Assembly (NCBI GenBank): GCA_965208105.1
Contig: OZ242318.1
Coordinates: forward strand, 271,189 to 335,188
DNA length: 64,000 bases
Direction: 5' to 3'
Source: Candidatus Latescibacterota bacterium
GTDB taxonomy: Bacteria > Latescibacterota > UBA2968 > UBA8231
Position 1 is the stretch's first letter. Every line of letters begins with the position of its first letter. Shown here piece after piece: positions 1 to 8,192 of the stretch. The notes beneath the pieces are model-generated. The model saw nothing but the letters and a program-made list of their open reading frames with translations, did not search any database and was not told the DNA's origin. The translations under genes were made by a program, and so were the position numbers.

Positions 1-415
1 GGGAGACCCCGGCCGTTTCAGCCGCCGCGCAGGCCCTGGCCAGCCCCTGGCACAGCCCCTCGAACAGCGCCCCGTCGTCGACCCCTTCTTCAGGATACTC
101 GGAGGGATGCCACACCAGCACCGGCTCCGGGTTGTCGCCGAAACGGCCGGCGAGGACCGCGGTCTTGCCGAGGCAGCGCACCAGCCGCGTAACCTCTTCC
201 CGGACCTCTCCCCGGGGGCCAACCAGGCCCGCGTGCAGGGTCATGGCCGCCAGGGAGACCTGGGCGGCCTCCAGCACCTGATCCACCTCGTCCGGGGCGG
301 GGTCGTCGGCCTCCCCGTCGAGTCCGGCGCCGAAGAACATCTGCACCGCCTCGAAGCCCTCTGCCCTCAGCTGCGCCGGCGGCAGCAGGTCTCCCTGCAT
401 CATTCCAAGTTTCAC
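1..415 (-). CDS. Sugar phosphate isomerase/epimerase-like (xylose-isomerase-like TIM barrel) protein, N-terminal part; the 3' end lies beyond the window edge
   Basis: Absent from the ORF track because there is no stop in the window. Reverse-strand frame from GTG 415-413 (AAGGAG 6 nt upstream) stays open to position 1: VKLGMMQGDLLPPAQLRAEGFEAVQMFFGAG...LHAGLVGPRGEVREEVTRLVRCLGKTAVLAGRFG..VLVWHP. The pattern resembles AP_endonuc_2-type TIM-barrel N-termini. Confidence 0.4.
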   Translation of the reverse strand, partial: MKLGMMQGDLLPPAQLRAEGFEAVQMFFGAGLDGEADDPAPDEVDQVLEAAQVSLAAMTLHAGLVGPRGEVREEVTRLVRCLGKTAVLAGRFGDNPEPVLVWHPSEYPEEGVDDGALFEGLCQGLARACAAAETAGVS

Positions 416-579
416 CTGTCGCTCCTTGTCGTTGGCCGCCCGCACACGCGGGAGCGAGCGGAGAGGGTGGAACTCCCGTGGGCAAATGGATAGGCATCCG
501 CTCCTGCCCTGTCAATGAGAGGGAGAATGGAGTAGATTTGCCCCTGCCGGAATTTTCCGCATTCCGAGGAGAGCCTGCC

Positions 580-833
580 GTGCTTTTCACCACCGCCCAG
601 ATCGAGTACTACAGAACCCGGGGCTACGTGTCCGGTCCGCGGGTCCTGTCCGCCGGGCAGGTGGAGGTGCTCAAAGAACGCATCGACGACATTCTCCGCG
701 GCGCGGCTATGCCATGCACCTCATGCCCGGCCACACCCGGCGCCTGGGCGACAACTGGAACGAGCGCATGGGCGATGTCGAAACCGTGGGTGTAGGCGAG
801 ATTGTCCGGGACCGGACTACCCGGAGCTGGTAG
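580..833 (+). pseudogene. Phytanoyl-CoA dioxygenase (PhyH) family remnant: N-terminal about 42 codons joined out of frame to about 40 C-terminal codons, catalytic core missing
   Basis: GTG 580 (GAGGAG upstream) gives LFTTAQIEYYRTRGYVSGPRVLSAGQVEVLKERIDDILRGAA, like the N-terminus of the intact paralog at 3938-4912. From about 705 the similarity continues only in another frame (YAMHLMPGHTRRLGDNWN..., TAG 831-833). No HxD...H core lies between the two pieces. Confidence 0.5.
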
Positions 834-927
834 CGGTGTGAAAGGCTTTTCCTGGGGGAAGAAGAGGTGGGGTGCCGCCTGCTGGGGCAGAAGGGCGACG
901 CCCGGCCTCCTTGCGGGACCGGGCAGG

Positions 928-1884
928 TCAGGGGGTCTGGGCCCCGTTGGTCTCCAGGTACAGCGAGAACAGGGAGTGGGAACAGGTCATGAAGAGCCTG
1001 TTCTTCTTGAGGCCCCCGAAGCAGAGGTTGGCGCAGGGGGCCGGCAGGTGGATCCTGCCGATCAGGGTCCCGTCGGGGGCGAAGCAGTGGACCCCGTCGA
1101 ATCCTTCCCCCGCCCATCCGGCCCCCGCCCACAGGTTGCCGTCAAGGTCGGTGCGGATTCCGTCGGCGATGCCAGGGTCCATGTCGGCGAAGAGGCGCCC
1201 GTTGGCGAGGCGGTTGCCCTCGACGTCGAAGACGAGGATGTGGGCGGGGTGCTCGGGTCCGTCGGAGCGTCCCGTGTCGACGATGTAGAGCAGAGACTCG
1301 TCCGGGCTGAAGCAGAGGCCGTTGGGGCGGCGGAGCTCTGCAGCGACCACGGTGGCCTGGCCGGACCCGGGATCGAGGCGGTAGACGTTGGGGTCGTTCT
1401 CGAACTCGGCGCGGCCTCCTTCGTAGTCCATCAGAATGCCGTAGCCTGGATCGGTGAACCAGACGGATCCGTCCGACTTGACCACGATGTCGTTGGGGGC
1501 GTTCAGGCGCCCGCCCTCGAAGCGGTCCATCAATACGGTGATCGAGCCGTCGTGCTCGGTGCGGGTGACTCTGCGGGTGCGGTGCTCACAGGAGACCAGG
1601 CGGCCCAAGCGGTCGCGGGTGTTGCCGTTGGTGTTGTGCGAGGGCCTGCGGAAGACGGATACCTCCCCGGTCTCCTCCTCCCACTTGAGAATGCGGTCGT
1701 TGGGCAGATCGCTGAACAGGAGGTAGCGGCCGTCGCCGAACCACACCGGGCCTTCGAGCCAGCGTCCGCCGGTCCACAGCATCTCGACGGCGGCGTTTCC
1801 CAGCTTGTACCTTGCGAAGCGCTCGTCGAGCACCTCGATGCGGCTGTCCGGATATCTCACGAGGTCCATTGTTCCATTTCCCAT
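928..1884 (-). CDS. SMP-30/gluconolactonase/LRE family protein
   Basis: ORF 928..1944; likely start is ATG 1884 (MGNGTMDLVRYPD). Motifs GPVWFGDGRYLLFSDLPNDRI, APNDIVVKSDGSVWFTDP, RPNGLCFSPDE and ADGIRTDLDGNLW are typical of the six-bladed lactonase fold. Confidence 0.85.
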   Translation of the reverse strand: MGNGTMDLVRYPDSRIEVLDERFARYKLGNAAVEMLWTGGRWLEGPVWFGDGRYLLFSDLPNDRILKWEEETGEVSVFRRPSHNTNGNTRDRLGRLVSCEHRTRRVTRTEHDGSITVLMDRFEGGRLNAPNDIVVKSDGSVWFTDPGYGILMDYEGGRAEFENDPNVYRLDPGSGQATVVAAELRRPNGLCFSPDESLLYIVDTGRSDGPEHPAHILVFDVEGNRLANGRLFADMDPGIADGIRTDLDGNLWAGAGWAGEGFDGVHCFAPDGTLIGRIHLPAPCANLCFGGLKKNRLFMTCSHSLFSLYLETNGAQTP

Positions 1885-2003
1885 TTTCAGGCCGGAGGTG
1901 CCGGATTGTCGATGAAAGTTCTGTTTTTCCCGGGACCAAAGCAAGGTCTTCTGGGCCTCTGTGGCGCGGGGGCGGCGACACGGCCCGGGGGAAGGGGAGG
2001 CGC

Positions 2004-2858
2004 TTGAGCTCGGAGGTCTGGTCCCTCGTGCTGATTTCGGCGGTGTGCCACGCCGGTTGGAATCTGTATGCCCGGAGGGTGGCGGGGCACCTGGGAATCC
2101 TGTGGCTGGCCAAGATCACCGCGATTCTGTTTCTGCTGCCCCTGGCCGGCTGGGCCCTTCTCTGGGACGGGGGGATGGCCATGTCCTGGCGCGGGATGGG
2201 GTACCTGGCGCTCACGGGAACCCTGCATTCCCTCTATTTCTACCTCCTGGGCCGCACCTACTCCAGGGGTGAGATTTCGGTGGTCTACCCGGTGGCGCGG
2301 GGGACCGGGGTGGGGTTGACGGGATTGGGGGCCTGGCTGGTACTGGGCGAAGCTGTTTCCTGGTTGGGCGGCATGGGAATAGCCCTGGTGTTCGCGGGAA
2401 TCTTCCTGATGGGGATTCCCGTCTTGCGCAACCGCCGCCAGGTGGAGGGGATGGGCACCGCCCTCGGAGTTGGGGTGACCATCCTGTGCTATTCGCTGAT
2501 CGACAAGAAGGGGGTGCAGGTGGTGCACCCTCTGGTATACATCACCGGGGCCTATTTGCTGTCCGCGGTCATACTTGCCCCGGTCGTGAGGCCGAGATCC
2601 TGGGGGCAGTTGGGGGAGTTGGCCCGAGGGGACCCGGCCGCGTTGCTGGTGATCGGCCTGGGGTCCTCGGTCACCTATCTGCTGGTTCTGTTCGCCTACC
2701 AGATGGGACCCGTGGGCTATATCGTCGCGGCCCGGGAGGCAGCCGTGGTGGTAGGTGTCGTGCTGGGTGTGGTGGTTCTCAAGGAGCCATTGTCCGCGGC
2801 CAAGGCGGGGGCCGTCGCGGCGATCGTGCTGGGTCTCCTTTGCATCAGAGCGGGATGA
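2004..2858 (+). CDS. DMT-superfamily (EamA-like) transporter
   Basis: C-terminal 285 codons of ORF 1812..2858. TTG 2004 is preceded by GGAGG (1996-2000). About ten hydrophobic helices in two EamA-like halves. Confidence 0.75.
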   Translation: MSSEVWSLVLISAVCHAGWNLYARRVAGHLGILWLAKITAILFLLPLAGWALLWDGGMAMSWRGMGYLALTGTLHSLYFYLLGRTYSRGEISVVYPVARGTGVGLTGLGAWLVLGEAVSWLGGMGIALVFAGIFLMGIPVLRNRRQVEGMGTALGVGVTILCYSLIDKKGVQVVHPLVYITGAYLLSAVILAPVVRPRSWGQLGELARGDPAALLVIGLGSSVTYLLVLFAYQMGPVGYIVAAREAAVVVGVVLGVVVLKEPLSAAKAGAVAAIVLGLLCIRAG

Positions 2859-2861
2859 GAC

Positions 2862-3344
2862 ATGGGCACATACTACCTGCATATGACCGATCGGGCGCAG
2901 CTGCGGCCGTCGCGTAAGGAGGTGGAGGGCTTCGAGGTGGCGCGGTGCCGGGTGCCCTGCGGGGCGCTGAACCGCTTCTTCTACCAGGAGGTGGGGAAGG
3001 GGTGGCGCTGGACCTTCCGCCTGCCGTGGACGGATGAGGAATGGCAGGCCTATGTGGAGCGGCCGGGCCTGGAGACCTGGATCGGCTACGAGAAGGGAAC
3101 CCCGGCGGGCTACTTCGAGCTGGCGCGGCAGGAGGAGGACCTGGTGGAGGTAGCCTCGTTCGGACTGCTGCCCCGCTTCATCGGCCGCGGCCTGGGCGGG
3201 CTGCTGCTGACCGCGGCCATGCAGCGGGCATGGGAAGAGGGAACCCGGCGGGTATGGCTGCACACCTGTTCGTGGGACCATCCCCACGCCCTGGCCAACT
3301 ACCAGGCGCGGGGCCTGGAGGTGTACGAGACCAAGGAGTGGTGA
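2862..3344 (+). CDS. GNAT family N-acetyltransferase
   Basis: 160 aa starting just after the DMT stop. FGLLPRFIGRGLGGLLLTAAMQRAWEEG...LHTCSWDHPHALANYQARGLEV fits the acetyl-CoA-binding R-x-x-G-x-G segment of the GNAT fold. Confidence 0.8.
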   Translation: MGTYYLHMTDRAQLRPSRKEVEGFEVARCRVPCGALNRFFYQEVGKGWRWTFRLPWTDEEWQAYVERPGLETWIGYEKGTPAGYFELARQEEDLVEVASFGLLPRFIGRGLGGLLLTAAMQRAWEEGTRRVWLHTCSWDHPHALANYQARGLEVYETKEW

Positions 3345-3362
3345 AGTCCGGGTGGAACGGAA

Positions 3363-3719
3363 TCAGAACTTGTGCAGGCCGATGCTGTTCCCGGATGGAT
3401 CCTGGAATATGCCGATGTGTCCCATGCCGCCGGGAACGGGCGTCGGTGGCACGATGGTTCTGCCTCCCAGGCTCTCGGCCTGGTCCAGGCACTTCCGGAT
3501 GTCGTCCACCTGAACGTAGAAGGTGACGTAGTTCGGCGGCATGTCCTCGGTGGTTTGCATGATCCCTCCGGGGACACCGCCCTCTTCCCCCTCCACGTAC
3601 CAGTAGGTGCCGGCGGGAGCATGCTGGGAGATCTGCCAGTCGAAAAGGTTGCTGTAGAACTCCCTCAGGGCCTCCCCGTCCCGTCCCGCGATTTCAAAAT
3701 ACACTACCGGTTTTCCCAT
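3363..3719 (-). CDS. VOC (glyoxalase/bleomycin-resistance) family protein
   Basis: Internal ATG 3719 of ORF 3363..3968, with GGAGGGA upstream. MGKPVVYFEIAGRDGEALREFYSNLFDWQI...GGMGHIGIFQDPSGNSIGLHKF is the classic single-domain VOC pattern. Confidence 0.8.
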   Translation of the reverse strand: MGKPVVYFEIAGRDGEALREFYSNLFDWQISQHAPAGTYWYVEGEEGGVPGGIMQTTEDMPPNYVTFYVQVDDIRKCLDQAESLGGRTIVPPTPVPGGMGHIGIFQDPSGNSIGLHKF

Positions 3720-3937
3720 AATTTCCCTCCTTGGATGGAAGTTATTCCTGTTTTTACAACGAGCATCGTGGTTCAATTCCAACCTCGAATGACGCCTCGA
3801 ATGACGTGCCGGGCCAGCGGCAGGCGAAAGCGCGGTCCGGCGGAACGGGCGGAGGTGGAGGCATATTATTTTACCACTGTATTGCTGTATTGATACAGTG
3901 AATCTGGGGAGGAGAATAGGATGGTTTGCGACCGCAA

Positions 3938-4912
3938 TCAGCTCTGGCGCTCGCCGAAAGGGGTCCATCCGCGTCCTGGCCGGCGCACGGTTGTGCGCTC
4001 GTAGCGGGAGCGGATTTCCTTGAACCGGGTGATGTCGGCGATCTCGCGTTGCGGGTTGTCGGGGTCCTTGATGACGAAGTCGCCTTCGGTAGGCAGGCAG
4101 GCCATGGTGACCGGGTCCCTCTCCGGATCGAATTCCTCGGGGTCCTCGTCGACGTTGTTGGGGACCCGGGCGTCCTGGTAGCGGAGGTCGACGCTCCAGC
4201 GCACGATGCCGGTGCGGTTCTCGAAGGAAGCGTGGGGGGTGAGGTTGGTCATGAAGAGCACCGAGCCGGCGCGCATGGGGCAGGCCACGGGCTCGAGGAC
4301 CGGCAGGTCTTCCGAGGCGATTTCCAGGTAGCCGCCCTGGCCGCCGGTGTAGTGGCGGTAGACGCCGCCGCGGTGGGCCCCGGGAATGACGTAGAGGCAG
4401 CCGTTGGCGATGGTGGCGTCCACCAGGGGGATCCAGCAGGTGACGATCAGGCTGCCGTCGCAGTGGGGCATGAAATAGCCCGAGTCCTGGTGCCAGGGCA
4501 CGGGGCCGCGCCAGTAACCCGGAGCCTTGGGGCGGATGCGGTACACGGACGAGCCGACGATGTTGGGGCCAACCAGGCTTTCGATGCAGGAGACCAGCGG
4601 CGGGTGGCGCAGAAAATCGAGGATGGCCTGTTCCTTGAAGCCGCCGCCTCCGCGTCCCATGATCGCCTGGGTCACGCGCTCACCCACCGAAGCGTCGGCT
4701 TTGAAGAGGCAGCCCAGGCGGGTCTCGAAGGGTTCAGCGGCGAAGGTTTCCGGGCCCAGCAACCCTTCCTGCTGCAGGGCGGCGCAGGTCCGGTCGATGA
4801 CCGCGGTGAGACCGTCCTTGAGGGGTTGGAGGTCGGGCCGGGAGTAGATCCCCTCCTTGACGAGGTAACCGCGGTGGTGGAACTGCTGGAGTTCGGCGGG
4901 GCTCATGCCCAT
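3938..4912 (-). CDS. Phytanoyl-CoA dioxygenase (PhyH) family Fe(II)/2-oxoglutarate oxygenase
   Basis: ORF 3938..5038; likely start is M43 (ATG 4912, MGMSPAELQQFHHRGYL). HxD in PWHQDSGYF, a distal His in NLTPHASFEN, and RWSVDLRY. Confidence 0.8.
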   Translation of the reverse strand: MGMSPAELQQFHHRGYLVKEGIYSRPDLQPLKDGLTAVIDRTCAALQQEGLLGPETFAAEPFETRLGCLFKADASVGERVTQAIMGRGGGGFKEQAILDFLRHPPLVSCIESLVGPNIVGSSVYRIRPKAPGYWRGPVPWHQDSGYFMPHCDGSLIVTCWIPLVDATIANGCLYVIPGAHRGGVYRHYTGGQGGYLEIASEDLPVLEPVACPMRAGSVLFMTNLTPHASFENRTGIVRWSVDLRYQDARVPNNVDEDPEEFDPERDPVTMACLPTEGDFVIKDPDNPQREIADITRFKEIRSRYERTTVRRPGRGWTPFGERQS

Positions 4913-5216
4913 GAAGTGCTCCGTCTGAAAGGGTGGCGGGCAACTTGAAACCTGGCCGGGGTCTCCGCTGCCGGTATGTTTTGCATCAAGAGGCCGCCTG
5001 GGGTCGCAGGGTGTTCCAGGGCGCTTGGTCACAGACATCTACGAGCTCCGTGGAGGCTATGAATTTCCAGTTCACTGCGCGGCGCATTCTCCCTTGTGCG
5101 GCTGTCGGTGCAGGTGGGGACTAAAAGGCATTCAATATGGTTCCGCTGTCAAGGGTAAGGGGGGGCAGGTGCAGGGGGAGGCCCCGGGAAATTGTTCTGG
5201 TCCATTCGGGAACAGG

Positions 5217-6557
5217 TTACGGCTCTGAAGCCCGCCGGATCCACAGGCGGATCTGCGCCGGGGTCGGCCGTCGTCCTTCCCCAGGAATGGCGCGGAGGCT
5301 TTCCCCTACTTGCGCGGGGGTTGATGCGGCCAGGTCCGCCAGCGACCGAATTCCCGCTCGGGCCAGCAGATTTCCGTATTCCACCCCGATGCCCTGGTGC
5401 AGGTAGAGCCCGGTCAGCCTGCGGGTGGAATGGACGGCCTCGGTGCCCAGTTCCGCTTGCATGCGGCGCCAGATTTCCGCCGCCCTGCCATCCTCCAGAT
5501 CGGTCAGGTAGACGATGCCTGCCTCCTGCAGAAAGCTGCGGGTGTCCGGGTCGAGGCCGCCCGCTGCAGCCAGCCGGGGCTTCACCGAGCCAACCGTCAA
5601 CTCCTGCACGTAGTGGTTGATGGCCAGGACGCTGGCCGCAGCCAGAAGGACCGGGGCGATGGCATTCCGGGCCCTGACCGGGCCGGGCTTCTGGTGCCGG
5701 TGCGCCCCCAATGGCGGCGCTAGGCGGTGCCACACAAGGAGGCGATAGACCAGGGCGCATTCCACCGCGAAGGGTGGAAAGCCCAGGAACCCGGCCACGG
5801 GCATCTCGAAGAGCTTCAGCTCCTCGAAGAAAGGCACGGTGTAGATCCACTTGACCAGGGCCCAGTAGTTGAAGAACTCCCACAGGATTCCGGCGATCAG
5901 CCCGGCCAGCAACTGGCGGGTCATGGGGCCGTAGTCGCCGCGTTCCAGTTGCCGCAGCAGGCCGTCGGGCAGGCGGCGGTGTTCCACCGGGGCAAGTAGC
6001 AGGATGATGGCGACCCAGGTGAGCGGAAAGAAGAACCGGGGCCACAAAAGCACCAGCGCCAGGCCCACCAGGCCTGCTGCCTGCAGGAGCTTCAGCCGGA
6101 CGCTGGTCAGGTGCCAGGGAGGGCCTCGCCAACCGCTGGCCACCCGGCGCAGACCCAGGTAGTGCTCCAGCCAAAGCAGGCCGGGCAGAACCGTGGCGAA
6201 GGAGAGAACGGCGTTGAGTGTCTGCACCACGGGGTTTTCGGGGACGAAGACGTAGTACCAGTTTTGCAGGCGGAAGTTGATCAGCTCGAAGCCGTACCAG
6301 AGCGCCGCCGACCAGAAGAGGACCAGCAGAAAGGCCGGGCCGCAGCGGGCGATGAGGGAGCGTCCTTCCCGCCGCTGGATGAGGCGGTCGAGGGTCCAGA
6401 TGATTCCGTACCAGGCGCACAGGTAGAACAGGGTGGTCGCCGGCTCCACCCTTCGCAGCATGAGGGCAAAGGCGGCGGCGATGAACAGGGGGCCCGCAAG
6501 GAGCAGCAGCGCCGATTGAAAGGGGCGCGGGTCCGGCGGTGCGGAAACGGAGGTCAT
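5217..6557 (-). CDS. Polytopic membrane protein with C-terminal DUF4332-like helix-hairpin-helix region
   Basis: Internal ATG 6557 of ORF 5217..6938 (MTSVSAPPDP). The 4-nt overlap (6554-6557) with the stop of the upstream gene suggests coupling. About 9 hydrophobic segments. The C-terminus (GIVYLTDLED...QGIGVEYGNLLARAGIRSLADLA) resembles tandem DUF4332/HhH. Confidence 0.6.
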   Translation of the reverse strand: MTSVSAPPDPRPFQSALLLLAGPLFIAAAFALMLRRVEPATTLFYLCAWYGIIWTLDRLIQRREGRSLIARCGPAFLLVLFWSAALWYGFELINFRLQNWYYVFVPENPVVQTLNAVLSFATVLPGLLWLEHYLGLRRVASGWRGPPWHLTSVRLKLLQAAGLVGLALVLLWPRFFFPLTWVAIILLLAPVEHRRLPDGLLRQLERGDYGPMTRQLLAGLIAGILWEFFNYWALVKWIYTVPFFEELKLFEMPVAGFLGFPPFAVECALVYRLLVWHRLAPPLGAHRHQKPGPVRARNAIAPVLLAAASVLAINHYVQELTVGSVKPRLAAAGGLDPDTRSFLQEAGIVYLTDLEDGRAAEIWRRMQAELGTEAVHSTRRLTGLYLHQGIGVEYGNLLARAGIRSLADLAASTPAQVGESLRAIPGEGRRPTPAQIRLWIRRASEP

Positions 6558-7453
6558 GGTGAGGGGTCCAGCTCCAGGACCGCGGCCAGGCTGTCGCCCT
6601 GGTGGACCCGGTTGAAGACCCGCAGGCAGAGGATCTGGCCGGCCTGGGTCGACCGCACTTCCTCGCGGCGCCGGCCCAGGTGATCGACAACCGTGCCGAT
6701 CACGTCCCCGTGTCGCACCCTTTCCATCAACTTCACCCGGGGCTCGAAGAAGCCGGCGCAGGGGGAGGGGTAGTTGAGCTGGATGTGGCCGGAGTTGTCG
6801 CGGCCGTCCTCCAACACGTACTCGATGCGCGACGGAGGCGGGGTGCGGTCGATCATCTTCAGCTCGGCCATGAGGTTCAGGCAGCCCTCGAAATAGGCCT
6901 CGACGCCCCGGGGGTCGCAGGTTCCGCCCCCCATCCACTCGGCGTAGATGGCCGGCACCCCGGCGTCGCGGGCCACCGAGAGGGAGCGTCCGTCGAGGCC
7001 GGCGGAGGTGCCCCAGACGATGGGCAGGTTCAGGGCCCGGGCCATGCGCCGCTGTACCTCGAGCACGGCCTTGTCGGGGTGCAGCATGTAGCCCGCGGTG
7101 GGGTAGAATTCCATGGCGATCCCGCCGCTGTGCAGGTCGACCAGGTAGTCGGCGTCCCGGATTTCCCGGCTGACAGCGTGGGCGGTGCGCTCGGTGATGG
7201 AGCCCTCGGCCCGCCCCGGGCAGGTGCGGGCAAGGTCGCGCCCGTCCCCGGCGCAGCGGCGGCCGCGCCAGTAGGCGGCCTCGTTGACCACCGGGATGGC
7301 GGTGAGACGGCCGCGCAAGTCCGCCGGGTCCAGGTGGTCCAGCAGTCGGCGGATGGCCGCCATGGACTCGAACTCGTCGCCGTGAACCCCGCCCAGGACC
7401 AGCAGGTTGGGTCCCTGGCGTTCCCCTTCAATAACTTCCTGCCGCAGGTTCAT
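6554..7453 (-). CDS. Succinylglutamate desuccinylase/aspartoacylase (AstE/AspA, M14-like) family protein
   Basis: Internal ATG 7453 of ORF 6554..7603 (MNLRQEVIEGE). Motifs LVLGGVHGDEFES and YLVDLHSGG are the Zn-ligand motifs of the family. Confidence 0.75.
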   Translation of the reverse strand: MNLRQEVIEGERQGPNLLVLGGVHGDEFESMAAIRRLLDHLDPADLRGRLTAIPVVNEAAYWRGRRCAGDGRDLARTCPGRAEGSITERTAHAVSREIRDADYLVDLHSGGIAMEFYPTAGYMLHPDKAVLEVQRRMARALNLPIVWGTSAGLDGRSLSVARDAGVPAIYAEWMGGGTCDPRGVEAYFEGCLNLMAELKMIDRTPPPSRIEYVLEDGRDNSGHIQLNYPSPCAGFFEPRVKLMERVRHGDVIGTVVDHLGRRREEVRSTQAGQILCLRVFNRVHQGDSLAAVLELDPSP

Positions 7454-7514
7454 GGTCGCAGTCACAGGCCGCGCTCCGGAATTTGTGGCCAATTGCCCGG
7501 GTTCACCAGGACAC

Positions 7515-7883
7515 TTAGGCGGCCAGGGGGACCAGCTTCGAAGCGCGGATGACGCGGTCCCTCGTGAGCAGCGGAAGGTTGTGCACGACGCTGGTGGCCG
7601 CAATTATCTCGTCCGCCGGATCGCTCTCAAAGTCGAGGCGGGTCGAAGCCCGCGCAACGGAGAGATCGATGGGCCACACGTGCAGGCGGTTCAAGGTGCG
7701 GATCACCTCACGGTCGTCGAGGTCCATCTCTATGCGGCCGAGTTGAGCGAGCTTGGACAATTCCCACAGGACAATGGCGGAGACGGACCACCTGTTCCGC
7801 GCCAACAGGTCCAGCTCGGACGGCCGCAGCTCACCAAGGACCGCGAGTACAAAAATGTGAGTATCAAGATTGATCATCTGCAT
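7515..7883 (-). CDS. vapC: Type II toxin-antitoxin system VapC-family PIN-domain toxin
   Basis: 122 aa, (MQ)MINLDTHIFVLAV...WELSKL...DPADEIIAATSVVHNLPLLTRD. Acidic PIN residues are present. Overlaps the upstream antitoxin ORF by 14-20 nt. Confidence 0.8.
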   Translation of the reverse strand: MQMINLDTHIFVLAVLGELRPSELDLLARNRWSVSAIVLWELSKLAQLGRIEMDLDDREVIRTLNRLHVWPIDLSVARASTRLDFESDPADEIIAATSVVHNLPLLTRDRVIRASKLVPLAA

Positions 7884-8088
7884 CCCAGCGGATTCCGGTG
7901 GAAAAAATATCGCCCTGAATCTCGATTTTGTTGCGCAGACTGCCGATCAGGTCGCCGCAATTCTGGTCATAGGGAACCACTCGCGCCACGGGCTTGCCGT
8001 GCTTGGTAACGATCAGGCCCTCGGGGTCGAGCTGGTCCAACAAAGCCAGGCACTGCTCCTTGAACTTCGCCGCTCCAATCGATTTCAT
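7864..8088 (-). CDS. Phd/YefM-type antitoxin
   Basis: 74 aa; MKSIGAAKFKEQCLALLDQLDPEGLIVTKHGKPVARVVPY is the canonical Phd/YefM N-terminal fold signature. Lies immediately 5' of vapC. Confidence 0.75.
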   Translation of the reverse strand: MKSIGAAKFKEQCLALLDQLDPEGLIVTKHGKPVARVVPYDQNCGDLIGSLRNKIEIQGDIFSTGIRWDADDQS

Positions 8089-8118
8089 ATCACTTCTCCA
8101 GCGGAATAACCAGGTTTC

Positions 8119-8148
8119 AGACTGGTCATAATATAAGACTGGTCATAA
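8119..8148 (-). promoter_or_regulatory. Two 13-bp direct repeats (AGACTGGTCATAA at 8119-8131 and 8136-8148); candidate operator/promoter of the phd-vapC operon
   Basis: Exact repeats with starts 17 bp apart, 31-60 bp upstream of the antitoxin start. On the coding strand they read TTATGACCAGTCT-TATA-TTATGACCAGTCT in an AT-rich patch. Confidence 0.45.
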
Positions 8149-8192
8149 AATTTGTCCATATTTCAGGCACGCCCAATTCATGGACGCATCCC

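Noticed and set aside
802-2007. 401-aa + strand ORF, and similar long ORFs at 1887..3287(-), 9061..10725(-), 9711..11162(+), 11045..12556(+), 12483..14264(+), 17973..19562(-), 18005..19858(+), 32159..33322(+), 33439..34566(+), 34581..36110(-), 47056..48483(-), 48517..49503(-), 51558..52586(-), 53860..55065(-)
   Set aside because: They lie antisense to, or out of frame over, genes with clear family signatures. Their translations are Arg/Gly/Pro/Ala-rich low-complexity strings, as expected for shadow ORFs in GC-rich DNA. They have no recognisable motifs or RBSs.
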